A stretch of DNA of 64,000 nucleotides from Octopus sinensis (GCF_006345805.1 NC_043000.1:54994001-55058000), one strand, 5' to 3'; counted from the first letter of the stretch, positions 29,056 to 41,550 are shown. Notes: generated by a model from the letters alone, not told the origin. Numbers and translations: made by a program.

Positions 29056-29474
29056 ACAGTATATCTTGTGTAAACACTTCGATGTACTCCCATTGGTGAT
29101 TTCAGAGTATGATCGCCCAATCTGCTTCCAATTTAGTCGCGGGATTATTATTGAACTTAGTAGAAGTACTGGTTATGATAGTCCACCGAATGTTGGTGAG
29201 TGTATGTTAAAGAGAACTATGTCATTGCTTTCCTGCGTACGTTTCACCAAACGTTGTTTACAGCCTCTCTATTGGAGGTTTCAAGTGCAATTGTGTGCTG
29301 AAACAGAATCTCATCTGTTCAGCATCCAGATGAATTTGAAACATCCAATTACAATAGTTAGGGATAACCACAATTGCGAAACATACGTAGAGAACAAATA
29401 ATACAAACTTGTGTTTAATTTAATTTCTCATATATACATAAATGCACACAGACATACGTGAAAGCAAACATACA

Positions 29475-29551
<77 letters not shown>

Positions 29552-30039
29552 TATCATACTACATATGTCATATATATATATATGTCATATATATATATAT
29601 ATATATTTAACGACAGGTGGATAATATGTCATTTCACTACAGCGTATTTTAATTGATTAATAGACAGATTACATCATTAGAAAAAACTTTTTCATCAAGT
29701 AAATACATGAACCCCAGCATTTAGAATCATTAAAAAATCAACACCATATACACCTTCGTGGGGCAACGAGTATATTTAATACAATGTACTTAATGTACTT
29801 TCTTGATTAGCCTGAGTTCTAGTAATATACGCAGTCGGGCTCACTTAATCATATATATATCCTGAATATTGTTCTGTCTGTACTTCCATACCATAATATG
29901 CATTCGTCTATTTTTATTGTGTACTCATTTTGATTTTGACCCAAACCGGTACCTTACCATTTAAATGCCTGGTTCATTTGAATGTTGATGTTTCGTATGT
30001 ATGTGTTAAATAAAATGAGACAATTAAGCCAAGGCTGTG

Positions 30040-30634
30040 TGTAATTTTAAGGACCTTTATAAATAGAAAGTTAGTCTTACAACTGTTTCTGGGATATACG
30101 GGCTATCCCTTCATCAGAGACGATGTGAGATAGTTGAATAGAGGGAAATATTAGAGTTCAATATGAGGAGCTATTTTGGAATAGGAAGCAAATGAAGAGT
30201 ATATAGGGAAACAGGAGAATGACTAAAAATAAAAATGTATAAAGATGTTATAGTTGCAGTTCGATTATCCAAGAAAAGTGATGTTTAGAAATGGTAGAAA
30301 TGTTTCCTGTCCTTGGTATATAAATTCCAATAGGAGTTCATTTTTTTTCATAAAAAGTGGAAAGTGTGGAGACGTAGATTCCATGTGCTGTTCATTCAAA
30401 GGGGTCTTGTGGTGTTAATAAAAATTTGAGAATATAGTGGAAGTATTAAGTGGATGGAGAGGGGAGAAGAGATGTGTGCGTTAAAATGAAGAGAGAGGTC
30501 AAAGGAAAGGGTGAGAAAAGAAGAAGGAAAAAGGAGGACAAGAAAATGAAAGCTAGAAGAGTGAATGAAAAAGTGTTAGTCCAAAATAACTCCTCATACT
30601 GAACTCTAATATTTCCCTCTATTTCACCATCTCA
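30040..30634 (-). mobile_element. Penelope-like element fragment with hammerhead-bearing terminal repeat and an inverted 5' segment
   Basis: Hammerhead at 30074-30121 on the minus strand; pyrimidine-rich minus strand; weak GIY-YIG C-terminal relic (EQHMEST...TPIGI); 55-bp inverted repeat 30126-30180 versus 30580-30634. Confidence 0.55.
30074..30121 (-). ncRNA. Minimal type-I hammerhead ribozyme motif
   Basis: Minus strand: GUCU-CUGAUGA-A-GGGAUA-gcccgua-UAUCCC-A-GAAA-CAGUUGU-A-AGAC. Stem I GUCU/AGAC, 6-bp stem II, near-palindromic helix III ACAGUUGU, GUA site; A.A mismatch at the base of stem II. Confidence 0.7.
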
Positions 30635-30749
30635 TATATATATATGTATAATTATTTTCCTATCAGTAATTAATAATAGAACAAGATGAATTGGTTCCTT
30701 TCAAGGCCAAAATCACTGCTCTTATTGATCGCTAATAGTAAAGTGTGTG

Positions 30750-31140
30750 AGACTAACCTTACTACTAAAGCAAGAAGGCCGGATGTGATCCTGGAGATTA
30801 AAATAAACAATATAAGCTCATAAATCAGCAAATCCCTGTGATTCCAGAATCGATATTAAAGAAATTGAGAAATATCAGGATCTAACCAGGGAGCTGAGGT
30901 GACTGTGGAAGACCAGGACAAGAATTATTCTGTGGCTTTTCTTGCACATGGCACAGTACCCACAAAGCTGCCTGAAAGACTGAAAACATTGGAACTAAAA
31001 CTTGCATCGTTGACCTGCAAATGATCTACCGTCCTATATTCTGCATGAATCCTAAGAAAGATTCTTGAGATTTGGTGTGACTTGTCACCTAACATGAGGA
31101 TAATATACATGCTATATAATTTACAATGCACTAGCGTAAC
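30750..31140 (+). mobile_element. 3' fragment of an R4-like LINE (RLE domain and 3' UTR)
   Basis: ARRPDVIL, KEIEKYQDLTRELR, HGTVPTKLPERLKTLEL, ILRKILEI; ends in a decayed AATAATAACAAC tail. Confidence 0.75.
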
Positions 31141-31157
31141 AATAATAACAACAGACA

Positions 31158-31654
31158 GTACCAAGCAGTGGCTCTCATGGATTTCGATCTTAACTGATTG
31201 GAAGTGTTATCACGCACATGTTTTGTCTTGGTATAAAAATGGGCTACAACAAATACTCTGCTTGTCGGTTGCTTGACCTACCTTCACCAATTGAGCATAT
31301 CTCTTAGTGACCGATAATATGTGCATCTCTGATCACGAGCAGAAGTGGTGGGGAAGTATTATAGCAATGGTTTGAGAGGAATTGTTTGGGGTTTTAGTAA
31401 TTTGCCTCTGGAAATATGGGTGTTACGTTCAAAACAAACCTTATTCAAGGAGCTGGATGGTCTACTCTGCCCGAAGAATATTCTAACTGGGCACCACGTA
31501 CAAGGTCATGCGCTGTTTAACTTGATATGAGATCACCATGTTGTACACATATGGTTGTGATGCATGTGCCTGGTGCACCCTAATCAGATGGGTATATTGG
31601 ACTTCGTATATTTGTATCCCAATGCCACTTTGATGGCATGAGCTGCTCTCACAG
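31158..31654 (+). mobile_element. About 520-bp (AAT)n-tailed repeat, copy 2 (older)
   Basis: Colinear with 4371-4888; tail TAATAAAAATAATAA. Confidence 0.85.
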
Positions 31655-34600
31655 TAATAAAAATAATAAGACAATTAGTAGATGAGACCAGTAGTATATC
31701 AACACACGTAAGAGCAACAATAATATTAATAGTGAAAATGACATCAACTGCAATAATTGTATTAAGAGGAAGAATATATAAACGAACCCTTGACCGATAA
31801 TACAATATGCAGGAATATGGGAGTGCGGTATGGATATCTGAAGGGGCAGGTATTACTGTCAATGTATTGTAGAGCAAGCAAGAGGGAGGAAAGGCAGGCA
31901 CTTTTAAAATTGACGTAGCTCACTATTGGGGAGAAACAATAACGATGATGAATTTGGAACTACACTGTTGACTAATAAGGGAATAAAGTAAGAAAAGTAA
32001 GAAAAGTAAGGCGGTGGGGAATCTTATAATCTGCTTTAGAAACCTGTAAAACACTCCAGGAACTTGGAGATGAATAAATACCTGTAAAGGATAAGTGGTT
32101 ATACACAAATATAGCGTTAATGATTAAGGGTAAAGAAATCCTAAATTTGAGGGTAAAAGAACTAAAATCAAAATATATAATATAGGAATGAGAAAGTTAG
32201 AAGCGAAACCTTCAAACCCATAGGGTACTCAATCTTCGAGTGTTGAGAATGATATCTTGCAATTAAGGATAGTGAAATAAACTTTGTGTATCAAGATTAA
32301 GATTTATAGCTCACAGCTTGTAATGCGTTTCTGTTGAAAAATTAATTTGTGAGGTCGGAAGGCGAACCGCAATGAAACCTCCTATTAAAAATCCTCTACC
32401 GTTAAATAAAAAGGATTAATAAAAAGTGACGGAGCTCAGCTGACTCATATAGAAATTCCACGGAAATATCTAAAATGTGATTAGATTAGAAGTTTCAGGG
32501 ACGAGGCAATGTAACTGAAATACTATCTGAAAGAAACAGAACTCAAGGTATATACAAAGTACAGTATTTCTTTGTTGGAAATGAACGTGCGTATGTCTTG
32601 TGTAACTGAGCAAATAAATCTTCAAATAACCGATATTCTCAAAAGGAATAACCCAGCTTCTGATATGTGTGTGTGTGTGTTAAATAGAGAGAGATGTGTG
32701 ACAGAGAGAGAGAGAGAGAGGGAGAGAGAGAGAAGAAAAGAGAGAAGTAGAGGTCTGTATATGTATAATGCTGAATCTAACTTTTTTGTTTTAATGCAAA
32801 TACGTTTCCTAATTAATAATTACAATGTCATTTTACGCATTTTCTTTAACCATTACTTATACCATCACGATTCCTAGAAGAATTCGAATTCTCGTTTAAA
32901 ATTAATGAATTATTTTATTATCTTTACAATTCGTCTCTAGAGTAAACATTTGAACATGAGTCAAAGTGAACAATTTAAAAGTAAAATGAAATATCATTAT
33001 TGAAATTTTGTCAGTCATTAGAACATTTTTGAAATTGCTTAGTATTTACTTCTTGCACCATTTTATCGACGAAATGGAATTGAGGATATCTTTGGTATAC
33101 ACGACGTTTGTCACGGAATTTTCACAACAGTGAAATTTTACAGAATTTTCATAAGATGGTTTCTCATTTTCTACATTCCTAGGATTAACAGTATTATAGG
33201 CTCCCAAACAAAGCAATGCAAACGGGAATATAGTGTTTATTGACAGCAAAGTACGGCATACATAGATTGCGAGTGGGTCCCTAGACTAGTGTGCCAGCAG
33301 ACAAATATTGAATAATATGTCCTTGCTTTTAGCTGGTACTGCACTCTGCAGGTATTTTTCTAATTTCACAAACTTATCAGGAAAGCCAATTATGAGAGGA
33401 GGAGAAGAGGCAAAATTAAGAATTTGATAGACTGAGAAAGAAAGAGACAGGATATTTCAACATGATTCACACAAATGCAATTCAAAGATGTTAGTAATGT
33501 ACAAAGAAATGATTATTTTAAAATGACAAATTGTCAGCTAGATTTTACCGTTCTCCCCAAACCAGTACACATTCACAATTACTTTGTATACATTGTATTT
33601 TGCCTTTAAATTTATGTTGTTCGGTTTTTCTCATGAATATCCTCGAATATCATATCACGCAATTTTGTACATCCACTAACATTCAAGCTACAGTCATTAC
33701 ATTATTATTGAAAGTATTGGTGGGGGGATAATTTTGTGTTACTTACAAAGTAAGAAAGATATTCCATAGGTAATATAATTCTTGTTAAAATAATTTCTTG
33801 CCTCTGTTCCTAATAGCAAACATTCGAGTATATTTTCAGTCGAATTGAATCAAAAATGTTTCTTCGTTGCAATTGGCCAACGTACAAACTATAAAAAGTC
33901 TCTGACAAATCATATCGCATTATCTTAGTTAAGAATCGGTCGGTTGGACACTTTGCATAGCTCGTTCCAAAACGAAATTCCCATCTTGAATCTTTTCATA
34001 TAGGATATACGTAACAGGAATTATCGTTCTATGTGCCGCCATTTTTTTCATTTTTACTGATGCGTGTGTTTAATATTTTTGAATAGTCTTTCTTATAACG
34101 CGTAGATGGCTGAAACCATTTGCGTGTATTATTTTTGTTATATCCAATGTCAGTTTGATTTCAGATACGACTGCAGTCATCTCTGCTTTTCGTCTCTACT
34201 TGAAATAAAATATAAATCCTAATGAAATAATGTAAAACAAGAAATATCACTTCAGTCATCCCACCAAATTTGTAAGGGTTTTTGCCTTACATTAGCAGTA
34301 ACATTGTTACATATACATGTAGGAAGCAAATAAATTCAAGGAAGCGGATATGAAGAGGTGTAATATATATGTCTGTTTGTTTTTTTTATTGTTATTTCTA
34401 TCACTATTAATGATGTAAGTGAAGTGAAACTACTCAACTCATGATTCTGATCCGGAACAAGTATTTTAATATTCATGAAGTATAATTGGTCCCATTGGAA
34501 AGGAAATAAATCAAGGCTTTCATTGACATCAAGAAATTGCTAAAATAAATGTGATGTATTTTCAGATTTGTTGTTCTAGTTGTTTTAGTTTATTAGAGAA

Positions 34601-34728
34601 ATCATTATTCAGAAATAAAATCCAGTTAATGATATAGCATGTCCTAGCAAAGAAAAAGAATGATTTGAAATGTTGAGAAATTCTATATATGTACATATAT
34701 ATATATTTTTTGTATTAATATATATATA

Positions 34729-35700
34729 CAGGGGGGCCCAGAACGATTTACATATTGATATTTTTTATTATTCAAAATAAACTTAAGCATGATGAAATTT
34801 GGGACAAACGTTCTAATCTAAATTGTCATTCCATTACAGTAATTACATTTCACTTTGATCATGGCCTGCAAGTGAGTGGCCATCGAGTTGCATGAGCACC
34901 GGACCACCTCTTCATCCCCAAACCTCTACAACTTGACCCATGGAGACGGTATGATTTGCTTCAGATCTGACACATTTAGATAGGAGCGAGTAAAAATATT
35001 AGATGCAACTGTGGCCCACATCATGAGTAAAATCGGTTTCTGACCGCACAAATGACACCAGCTACCTTCGAGCAAGTCTCCTCCCTCATGTGCATACAGC
35101 CTGTCATTATGTTTGTTGGTAACTGCCTCCACTGCGAAGCTCTTCTCATCGGAGCAGATCAACAGTTTCTCAGCGGCGCGCTTCATCTCAGTAAACATGG
35201 TTTTACTCCTGTCAAAAAGTTTATTCTTGGGAGCTGCTAAAATTATCTGCCGGGGTTGCTTCTTATATGCAGTTAGCTTTAAATCGTCTTTCAAAATCCT
35301 GTGCATTCACGATTTCGAAATATCAAGAGTTTTACAGCTTTTGTTACACTCCTGCGGCGATTTCGGTTCATTCGCTTCTTCGCAGCTTCAACAGTTTGGT
35401 ACGAATTGATTGTTTCCTAACAGGAATTGCCTTGCTAAAGGTAGTAGCGGACTCTATATATCGATTCCAAGTATTGAACACTATTTTACAGCATACATTT
35501 AGCTGTTTTGTTATGTCCTTGTTGCTCGGTCCAACTGTTTTCAAAGCGACAATCTGCTCACGCTTTGCTTTCGACTCCATGTTTGTTTATATACCTGTTA
35601 CACACCTGTTATACACAATAGAAACATAAACAGAAGGCCTCATGATCTAATCTTGAAAACATACCTCCACAAAACAACTTTAGCTCACCTTTTATATTTT
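34729..35700 (-). mobile_element. DD37D/maT-type transposon relic with internal deletion
   Basis: ORF 35368-35580 (HTH, MESKAKREQIVAL), ORF 34926-35306 (LKDDLKLTAYKK, SDEKSF, NKHNDRLYA, MMWATVAS); TA|CAGGGGGG end at 34727-34736; second TIR not found. Confidence 0.85.
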
Positions 35701-35755
35701 TTGCTCTTAAATAAGTACTGACACACAAGCAAAAACACAAACACACACACACATA

Positions 35756-36187
35756 TATTTAAGTTTTATTTGTTCCCCGCATTTGATTGCGTTCATGTTG
35801 CGGCAATCTTCAAGTGTTTGGCCGCACAATTCGATCCTGCTCCATATTCTGATGCATCCTTAACCTACCACTAAACTATGGGGATGATATAAACAAACTA
35901 GTAACAGTTATCCAGTGGTGATGGGGGAGAAATACGTTCTCAATAAAGACACATAAGTTATACACACACACACACACATATATTTAAGTTTTATTTGTTC
36001 CCCGCATTTGATTGCGTTCATGTTGCGGCAATCTTCAAGTGTTTGGCCGCACAATTCGATCCTGCTCCATATTCTGATGCATCCTTAACCTACCACTAAA
36101 CTATGGGGATGATATAAACAAACTAGTAACAGTTATCCAGTGGTGATGGGGGAGAAATACGTTCTCAAATAAAGACACATAAGTTAT

Positions 36188-36205
<18 letters not shown>
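35756..36205 (+). repeat. 225-bp near-identical tandem duplication bounded by (CA)n
   Basis: TATTTAAGTTTTATTTG starts at 35756 and 35981; only a 1-nt indel seen (CTCAATAAAG versus CTCAAATAAAG). Confidence 0.95.
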
Positions 36206-36228
<23 letters not shown>

Positions 36229-37420
36229 CAGGGTGCGGACGTTATTTATGGTTAAAAAAGCATCTGTAATAGCAGAAAAAAAATGTATTTTTATAAAATT
36301 AACATAAACATAAACCTAAATTATCAATTCAATAATTTCATTCAATAAAACTACCATAAGCATCAATAACGGCCTTTATGCGGGGTCGAAATCGTTTACA
36401 AGTTCGGATTAAGTGACCTTGTTCATATCGGACATGACTCGAACCATGGCGGCTTTCAAAGAATCTTTGGTGCTATGGAGGTGTTCGTAGATATTTGTTT
36501 TCAACGATGCTCCATACATAGTAAACCAGAGGATTGAGCTCTGGAGAATTAGGAGGTCAAACCTTGGAGGAGATGCAAATTGTCGACCATCCATTCTTGT
36601 GTCATTTGAGCCTTGTGTGATGGTGCAGATTCTTGTTGAAAGACACAAGGCATTCTATTGCATACACTGTTGATCCAAGGCTTAGCCACCATATCCAGAA
36701 CTTCAATAAACGCAGCAGCATGCACCCTACGGCCTTGTAGAAAAGGTGAGGAGGCATCAAGTGCCTTTCGTTGCTGACAATAACCAAGATCATGAAACTT
36801 ATCTTGTGCATTACTCTTGGAATTTGAGAGGGGTCCGCATATAACCATCTGTTATTTGTTTTATTAGATCTCCTGTCCTAGCCAAAGTTATCTTCATCTG
36901 AGGAGAACCAAATCACACCATCTTCTAATGAATTTTTAAGTTTGTTCAAAAGTCTTCTGGATCTAATTAAATATTTTCTATTCTTTTTTTCTTGACGTGA
37001 ATTGACCTCTCCTCATCATGTAAGATTTGTATCTGATGCATTCGTGCACATTTCTGATTGTTTTGTCTGATACACGAAATTTCCTGGATAAATTCAGGTG
37101 TCCTGATAGAATTAGAGTGTTTGGAATTTTTCTTTTTACGTTTAGATACAGGTAATACACTTCCATCTTCATTCGCTAATTCACACCGCATACTGTGGAC
37201 AAAAGATCTTGCAACTTTCAGAAAACGAGAAATGTCTAAATCACCACGCTTAGCCTTCGAAGCCACTATCAGAGCCTACCTTTTCATTTCGTTAGTAAGC
37301 ATAGTGTCTGTCATTGTTATTTTCTGAATTAGAAGATCAAGAAAAATTAGTCAAATAAATAATGACTAAAAATGCATGGATTCTCAAATACTATATCTCT
37401 AAAGATATGTAATTTCGTAA
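36229..37420 (-). mobile_element. DD37D/maT-type transposon, near full-length pseudogenised transposase
   Basis: ATG at 37287; DLDISRFLKVARSFVH, IWFSSDE, FQQESAPSHKA, PPNSPELNP, RFRPRIKAVIDAYGSFIE*; TA|CAGGGTGCGGAC end at 36227-36240. Confidence 0.88.
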
Positions 37421-37627
37421 TCCAAGGATCTAGGTGTAGGAAGTTAATAAGCAACGAGCAGGCCGTTGTCGGTACAAATACAACTTTCAGGAACAATCAT
37501 AGTTTATTGGTTGTAGATTTTTCCTATATCAAAGTGCGATAAGCGGAAAAAAATTATTTTATTGTTCACAGTTACCATCTAAGGTTGCTATGAATGCGAA
37601 TAAATATCCATATTGAGAGAATGATGA

Positions 37628-38459
37628 GTGGTGAAGTCGGAAAAGTAAAATAGAAAAATATGAGTATAAAGAAATGAAATATGGGAGTGGGCAATTATCT
37701 AAAGTTGTTAAGAATAAGGAAAAGGAGAGGGGGAAAATGGGGCAATTTTGGTTAAATTGAAGTTGACTAGGAGAATGTCATTGTGGATATTAAGCTGGAA
37801 TCATTTACTATGAAAACGATAAATAAATAAATATATTGTCGCACCCAAGTATATGCATTTAAGCAGAAATAAAGGAAAGAAAAGAACATTTTTAGAAGTA
37901 AAATAGTGAGGAGAAGGAATGAAAGAGAATATATAAGAGTAGGAGTAAAGGGAATTTGCTCGGAGAGTAAGAAAGAGAGGCGGAAGGACGATAAATTTAT
38001 TATATCTGTTGGCATATCCGAATGTATAGTTTCGCAGTTAAGTGATATGCCACAATTTTACCTCGAACTACGATGTTCCCTTAATGACATATAACTTTAT
38101 CTCTCATCTCTCTCTATTTCGTCCTGTCTTCTCCTAGCAGTTCCACCTTACTCCCACTTCTCTTCCATTTCTTCTACTGACAATTTTACCTCTAAAAATT
38201 CTTCTCTTTTCTTTTTTCTTTTTTGATTCTATATAAATGTATGTTCTCGCGTGCGCAATATATTTATTTATTTACAGCTGGTATAGTAAATAATCCCAAC
38301 TTAATATTCACAACGACCTTCCCTTAGTCAGCTTCAATATAACGAAAATTGCACCCTATCCCACCCCTTCCTTTTCTTTATTCTTAACAACATCAGAAAT
38401 ACTCCCGTATTTTATTTCTTCATACATATCTTTTTATATTGTTTTCCCGACTTCACCAC
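37628..38459. repeat. Old long inverted repeat (about 370-bp arms, about 85-bp spacer)
   Basis: 37628-38005 aligns by eye to the reverse complement of 38088-38459 (GTGGTGAAGTCGG, GTTGTTAAGAATAA.GAAAAGGA, TAAATAAATAAATATATTG); roughly three-quarters identity. Confidence 0.85.
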
Positions 38460-38736
38460 CCATTTTAAATCGTATCTCCTGAGAGTTAACTCGGGATCCC
38501 TTGATGAAAATATAACCTGCATTTAACTAAGATATTTTCGGCCTAATGCGTAGTTAGTGGAGTACTACTCGTTGAGTAATTATTACTTGAGAGTTCCCAC
38601 TCGCTAGGAAACATATGTAGCCTACATTTTACCTGCTCCATTACTTCAATTTTGATTTTATAGACACACGAACATACAAACACTCACACATGTATATATA
38701 TATATATATATATAGTAATGACTTTTTGCTAACATA

Positions 38737-38973
38737 ATTTGGCAGTCCCAGGATGGGATGAATGTTACTGTTATTTTGCCTCAGGAAACATCGTTTCCAG
38801 CTGGCTATACGACACAAAAAGTTCTGTCCTTATATTTTCAAACAGTGGGGATCAGCACCTCCACCGAGCACAACCTCGCATCTACAGACATGTTTCTGTG
38901 TTATTGGCCTTTATCAGCGTGTTTCCTGGGGCTAATTAACAGTAACATTCGTACCATCCCGGGATTGTCACAT
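38737..38973. mobile_element. MITE with about 50-bp imperfect TIRs flanked by TA
   Basis: TGGCAGTCCCAGGATGGGATGAATGTTACTGTTATTTTGCCTCAGGAAACA versus reverse complement TGACAATCCCGGGATGGTACGAATGTTACTGTTAATTAGCCCCAGGAAACA; TA at 38735-36 and 38974-75. Confidence 0.8.
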
Positions 38974-39464
38974 TACTTTGGTAAAAATTCATTACATTAT
39001 GGTGCTATTACTATATATCTCTGATAGGTGTGTATATATCTATGTATATAATTAAATATCTACATCTTCCCCTAGGTATAACTGCAACAAAAATATATAA
39101 ATAATTGCATCTTCAATACAACTCTTCTAGTTATCTAAATTAATCGATATATATTTTTTAAATTATTGTTCAAATTAACAAATACTAATCTTCTATATTT
39201 ATTGTTTTCCCAGAGGGATAATTCCATAGTAGATATGAATAGAAACCTAATAACAATGTTTCCTTGTTTACTTAATTTATTGTAGGGAGAATTCTGTAAT
39301 AAACATTGATATAAACTTAAACCTGTAAATACGGCAACCACAGAACCCCATAGATATATATTTAGGCTATAGTAAAGTCAATCAAATTTACTAATCTATT
39401 AGGGGTAACCAGATTTGAAGTGACTTAAATAAAGATTGATATTTATATATTATTAAACGGAGAA

Positions 39465-40135
39465 TATGGGATATGCCATCAGTGACAGAGGCAGTCATGC
39501 TTACCAGCTATGCCGACGACATAAAAGTCGCACAGTCAGTCATGGAAACTTCTGATGATACGCTCTTACAGAAAGATCTAGAAGCCATCTATACATGGGC
39601 TGAGGATAACAACATGCAATTTAATACAAGTACATTTCAGGCCCTCCGTTACCAGTTAAGCACCGCTCAGGAATCTCATAAGTACGTTGGACGAAGTGGA
39701 GTAACGATCCCAGAACCAAATACGGTGCGTGATCTTGGAATAGAAATGAGCAACGGTGCTTCATTTCACACACATATCAACAAAAAAATGGTAGCAGTAT
39801 TCAGAAAACTGGCTGGTTAGATTCTGAGAACCTTCCGGACAAGGGACCAAGAAACTATGATGAGGCTATGGTCACCTTATACTACAAGGACGATAGCGGA
39901 GCTTGAAGCCGTCCAACGCCATTACACAAGGAAAATTGCATCAATGGAACAATTGAACTACTGAGACAGGTTGAAAGAGCTGCGACTCTATTCCCTGGAA
40001 CGAAGGCGGGAGAGGTATGCAGTGATATATATATATATATGGAAGATACTGGAAGGACTGGTACCAAACTTTGAAATAAAGAGCTATACCAGACCACGAA
40101 CAGAACGTCAATGTGCTGTCCCCGCAAACACAGTC
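39465..40135 (+). mobile_element. CR1/L2-group LINE, RT C-terminal fragment
   Basis: SYADDIK, LQKDLEAIYTWAEDNNMQFN, VRDLGI, LEAVQRHYTRKI, RLKELRLYSLERRRERY, IWKILEGLVPN; internal deletion near 39870 and a (TA) expansion in the IYIW codons. Confidence 0.9.
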
Positions 40136-40599
40136 GCACATACACGGAAGCACACATATATATACAGAGATACAGACACATGTATGTACGATTACTGAAG
40201 TCATAGATAATATTAAAACAAGATGTAAGTTATTGTGTAACTTGAGCGGCCATTTTTCAAACAGACGTGACAAAGATTATACAAAGAGTGTATAGTTTAT
40301 ATGTATATACCTTAATGAAGAAATATTGAAATATGGGGTGTGCACATATGTAAGTGAATGAATTAACATATAATTATATTGTTACTAATTTCAGATGAGA
40401 ATTTTGAAGTAAATATAAGCAAATAAAACTCGACTGAGGATTCATTAACATCTAAGATATAGAGATACAACTAATTTCAAAGAAGTATAAATTATAGTGA
40501 AGGATCAAAATGAAATATGCATGGACTCATACATACATCTACCCACAACCATAGACATATATATGTATACAGATAGATAGATAGATCGATGTAGATATA

Positions 40600-40790
40600 T
40601 ATGATTAAATTTCGAACGTGAGGGTAGCTGCGAAAACTACCTAGAAAAAAATTGGTTAAATACAACCATCTCAACTAGAAGATTGGAAAAATGTTGCCAG
40701 CAAGCAGTTACAGAAAATTGAACCCTGCACCCCTCAGATACCGACTGAGCGATCTGTACCGCTGAACTAAGCTGACTTGATTTAGCTTTA
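40600..40790 (-). mobile_element. tRNA-derived SINE relic
   Basis: Minus strand: TAGTTCAGCGG (A box), GGGTTCAATT (B box), then TTTTCTGTAAC..TGCTGG. Confidence 0.55.
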
Positions 40791-40817
40791 TAATAGACAG
40801 AGTGATTATTCTCGATG

Positions 40818-40990
40818 GCTGCTTAGCTTAACGGTACATACCGCACATCCAATATCCGAGAGTCATAGGGTTTGATTTTCTGTAACCACCTGCTGGAATC
40901 TTTTTCTTCATCAAGACATATTTACCAACAGTTCTAGCCTGTTTTCAGAGTTATTTCACGTCCGAGATTTACTTTCACGTTCCGTAAATT
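40818..40990 (+). mobile_element. tRNA-derived SINE relic, same family, head-to-head with the preceding copy
   Basis: TAGCTTAACGGTACA...GGGTTTGATTTTCTGTAAC..TGCTGG; colinear with the reverse complement of 40600-40790. Confidence 0.55.
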
Positions 40991-41035
40991 AACCAACTCA
41001 ACCCACTCGATCGTATGTATATATATATATATATA

Positions 41036-41454
41036 GGTGAATTGAAGAAATGGAGCTGAACGAAGATTGAACAGAAATCGTTTTATTTCATTCTACACGT
41101 GTTTCGAAAGGCACAATTTACCAAAATCCGATTGAATAATGAGATCATATTGTGTCAGAGAAAGACACAATATGGTCTCATTATTCAATCGGATTTTGGT
41201 AAATTGTGCCTTTCGAAACACGTGTAGAATGAAATAAAACGATTTCTGTTCAATCTTCGTTCAGCTCCATTTCTTCAATTCACCAATAATATTTTAAATT
41301 CAATTATCCGCAGCAACGCACGGTTGCAACACCATATGGTTGTACCTCCAACCGTGCTGTCTTCTGCTGTGATTTTTGCTACCAAGGTATCGGTTAAACT
41401 TTTGATTAATCTGCTACAAGATTATTCATCTTTCTATTTCACATAATATATATA

Positions 41455-41495
<41 letters not shown>

Positions 41496-41543
41496 GTGAA
41501 ATAGAAAGATGAATAATCTTGTAGCAGATAAATCAAAAGTTTA

Positions 41544-41550
<7 letters not shown>
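41036..41550. mobile_element. Hammerhead-relic repeat with fold-backs at both ends (121-bp and 60-bp arms)
   Basis: 41036-41156 versus 41164-41284 inverted with 1 mismatch; 41388-41447 versus 41491-41550 inverted with 1 mismatch around a (TA)n spacer; GAAA-CACGTG-TA at 41215-41226; AATAAA at 41233. Confidence 0.9.

Noticed and set aside
29265-29330. GGFKCNC peptide resembling an EGF-like motif
   Set aside because: The remaining cysteines and spacing are absent and the frame stops shortly after.
31680-32230. Purine-rich stretch that might be the 5' region of an RLE-LINE
   Set aside because: No motif could be aligned convincingly by eye.
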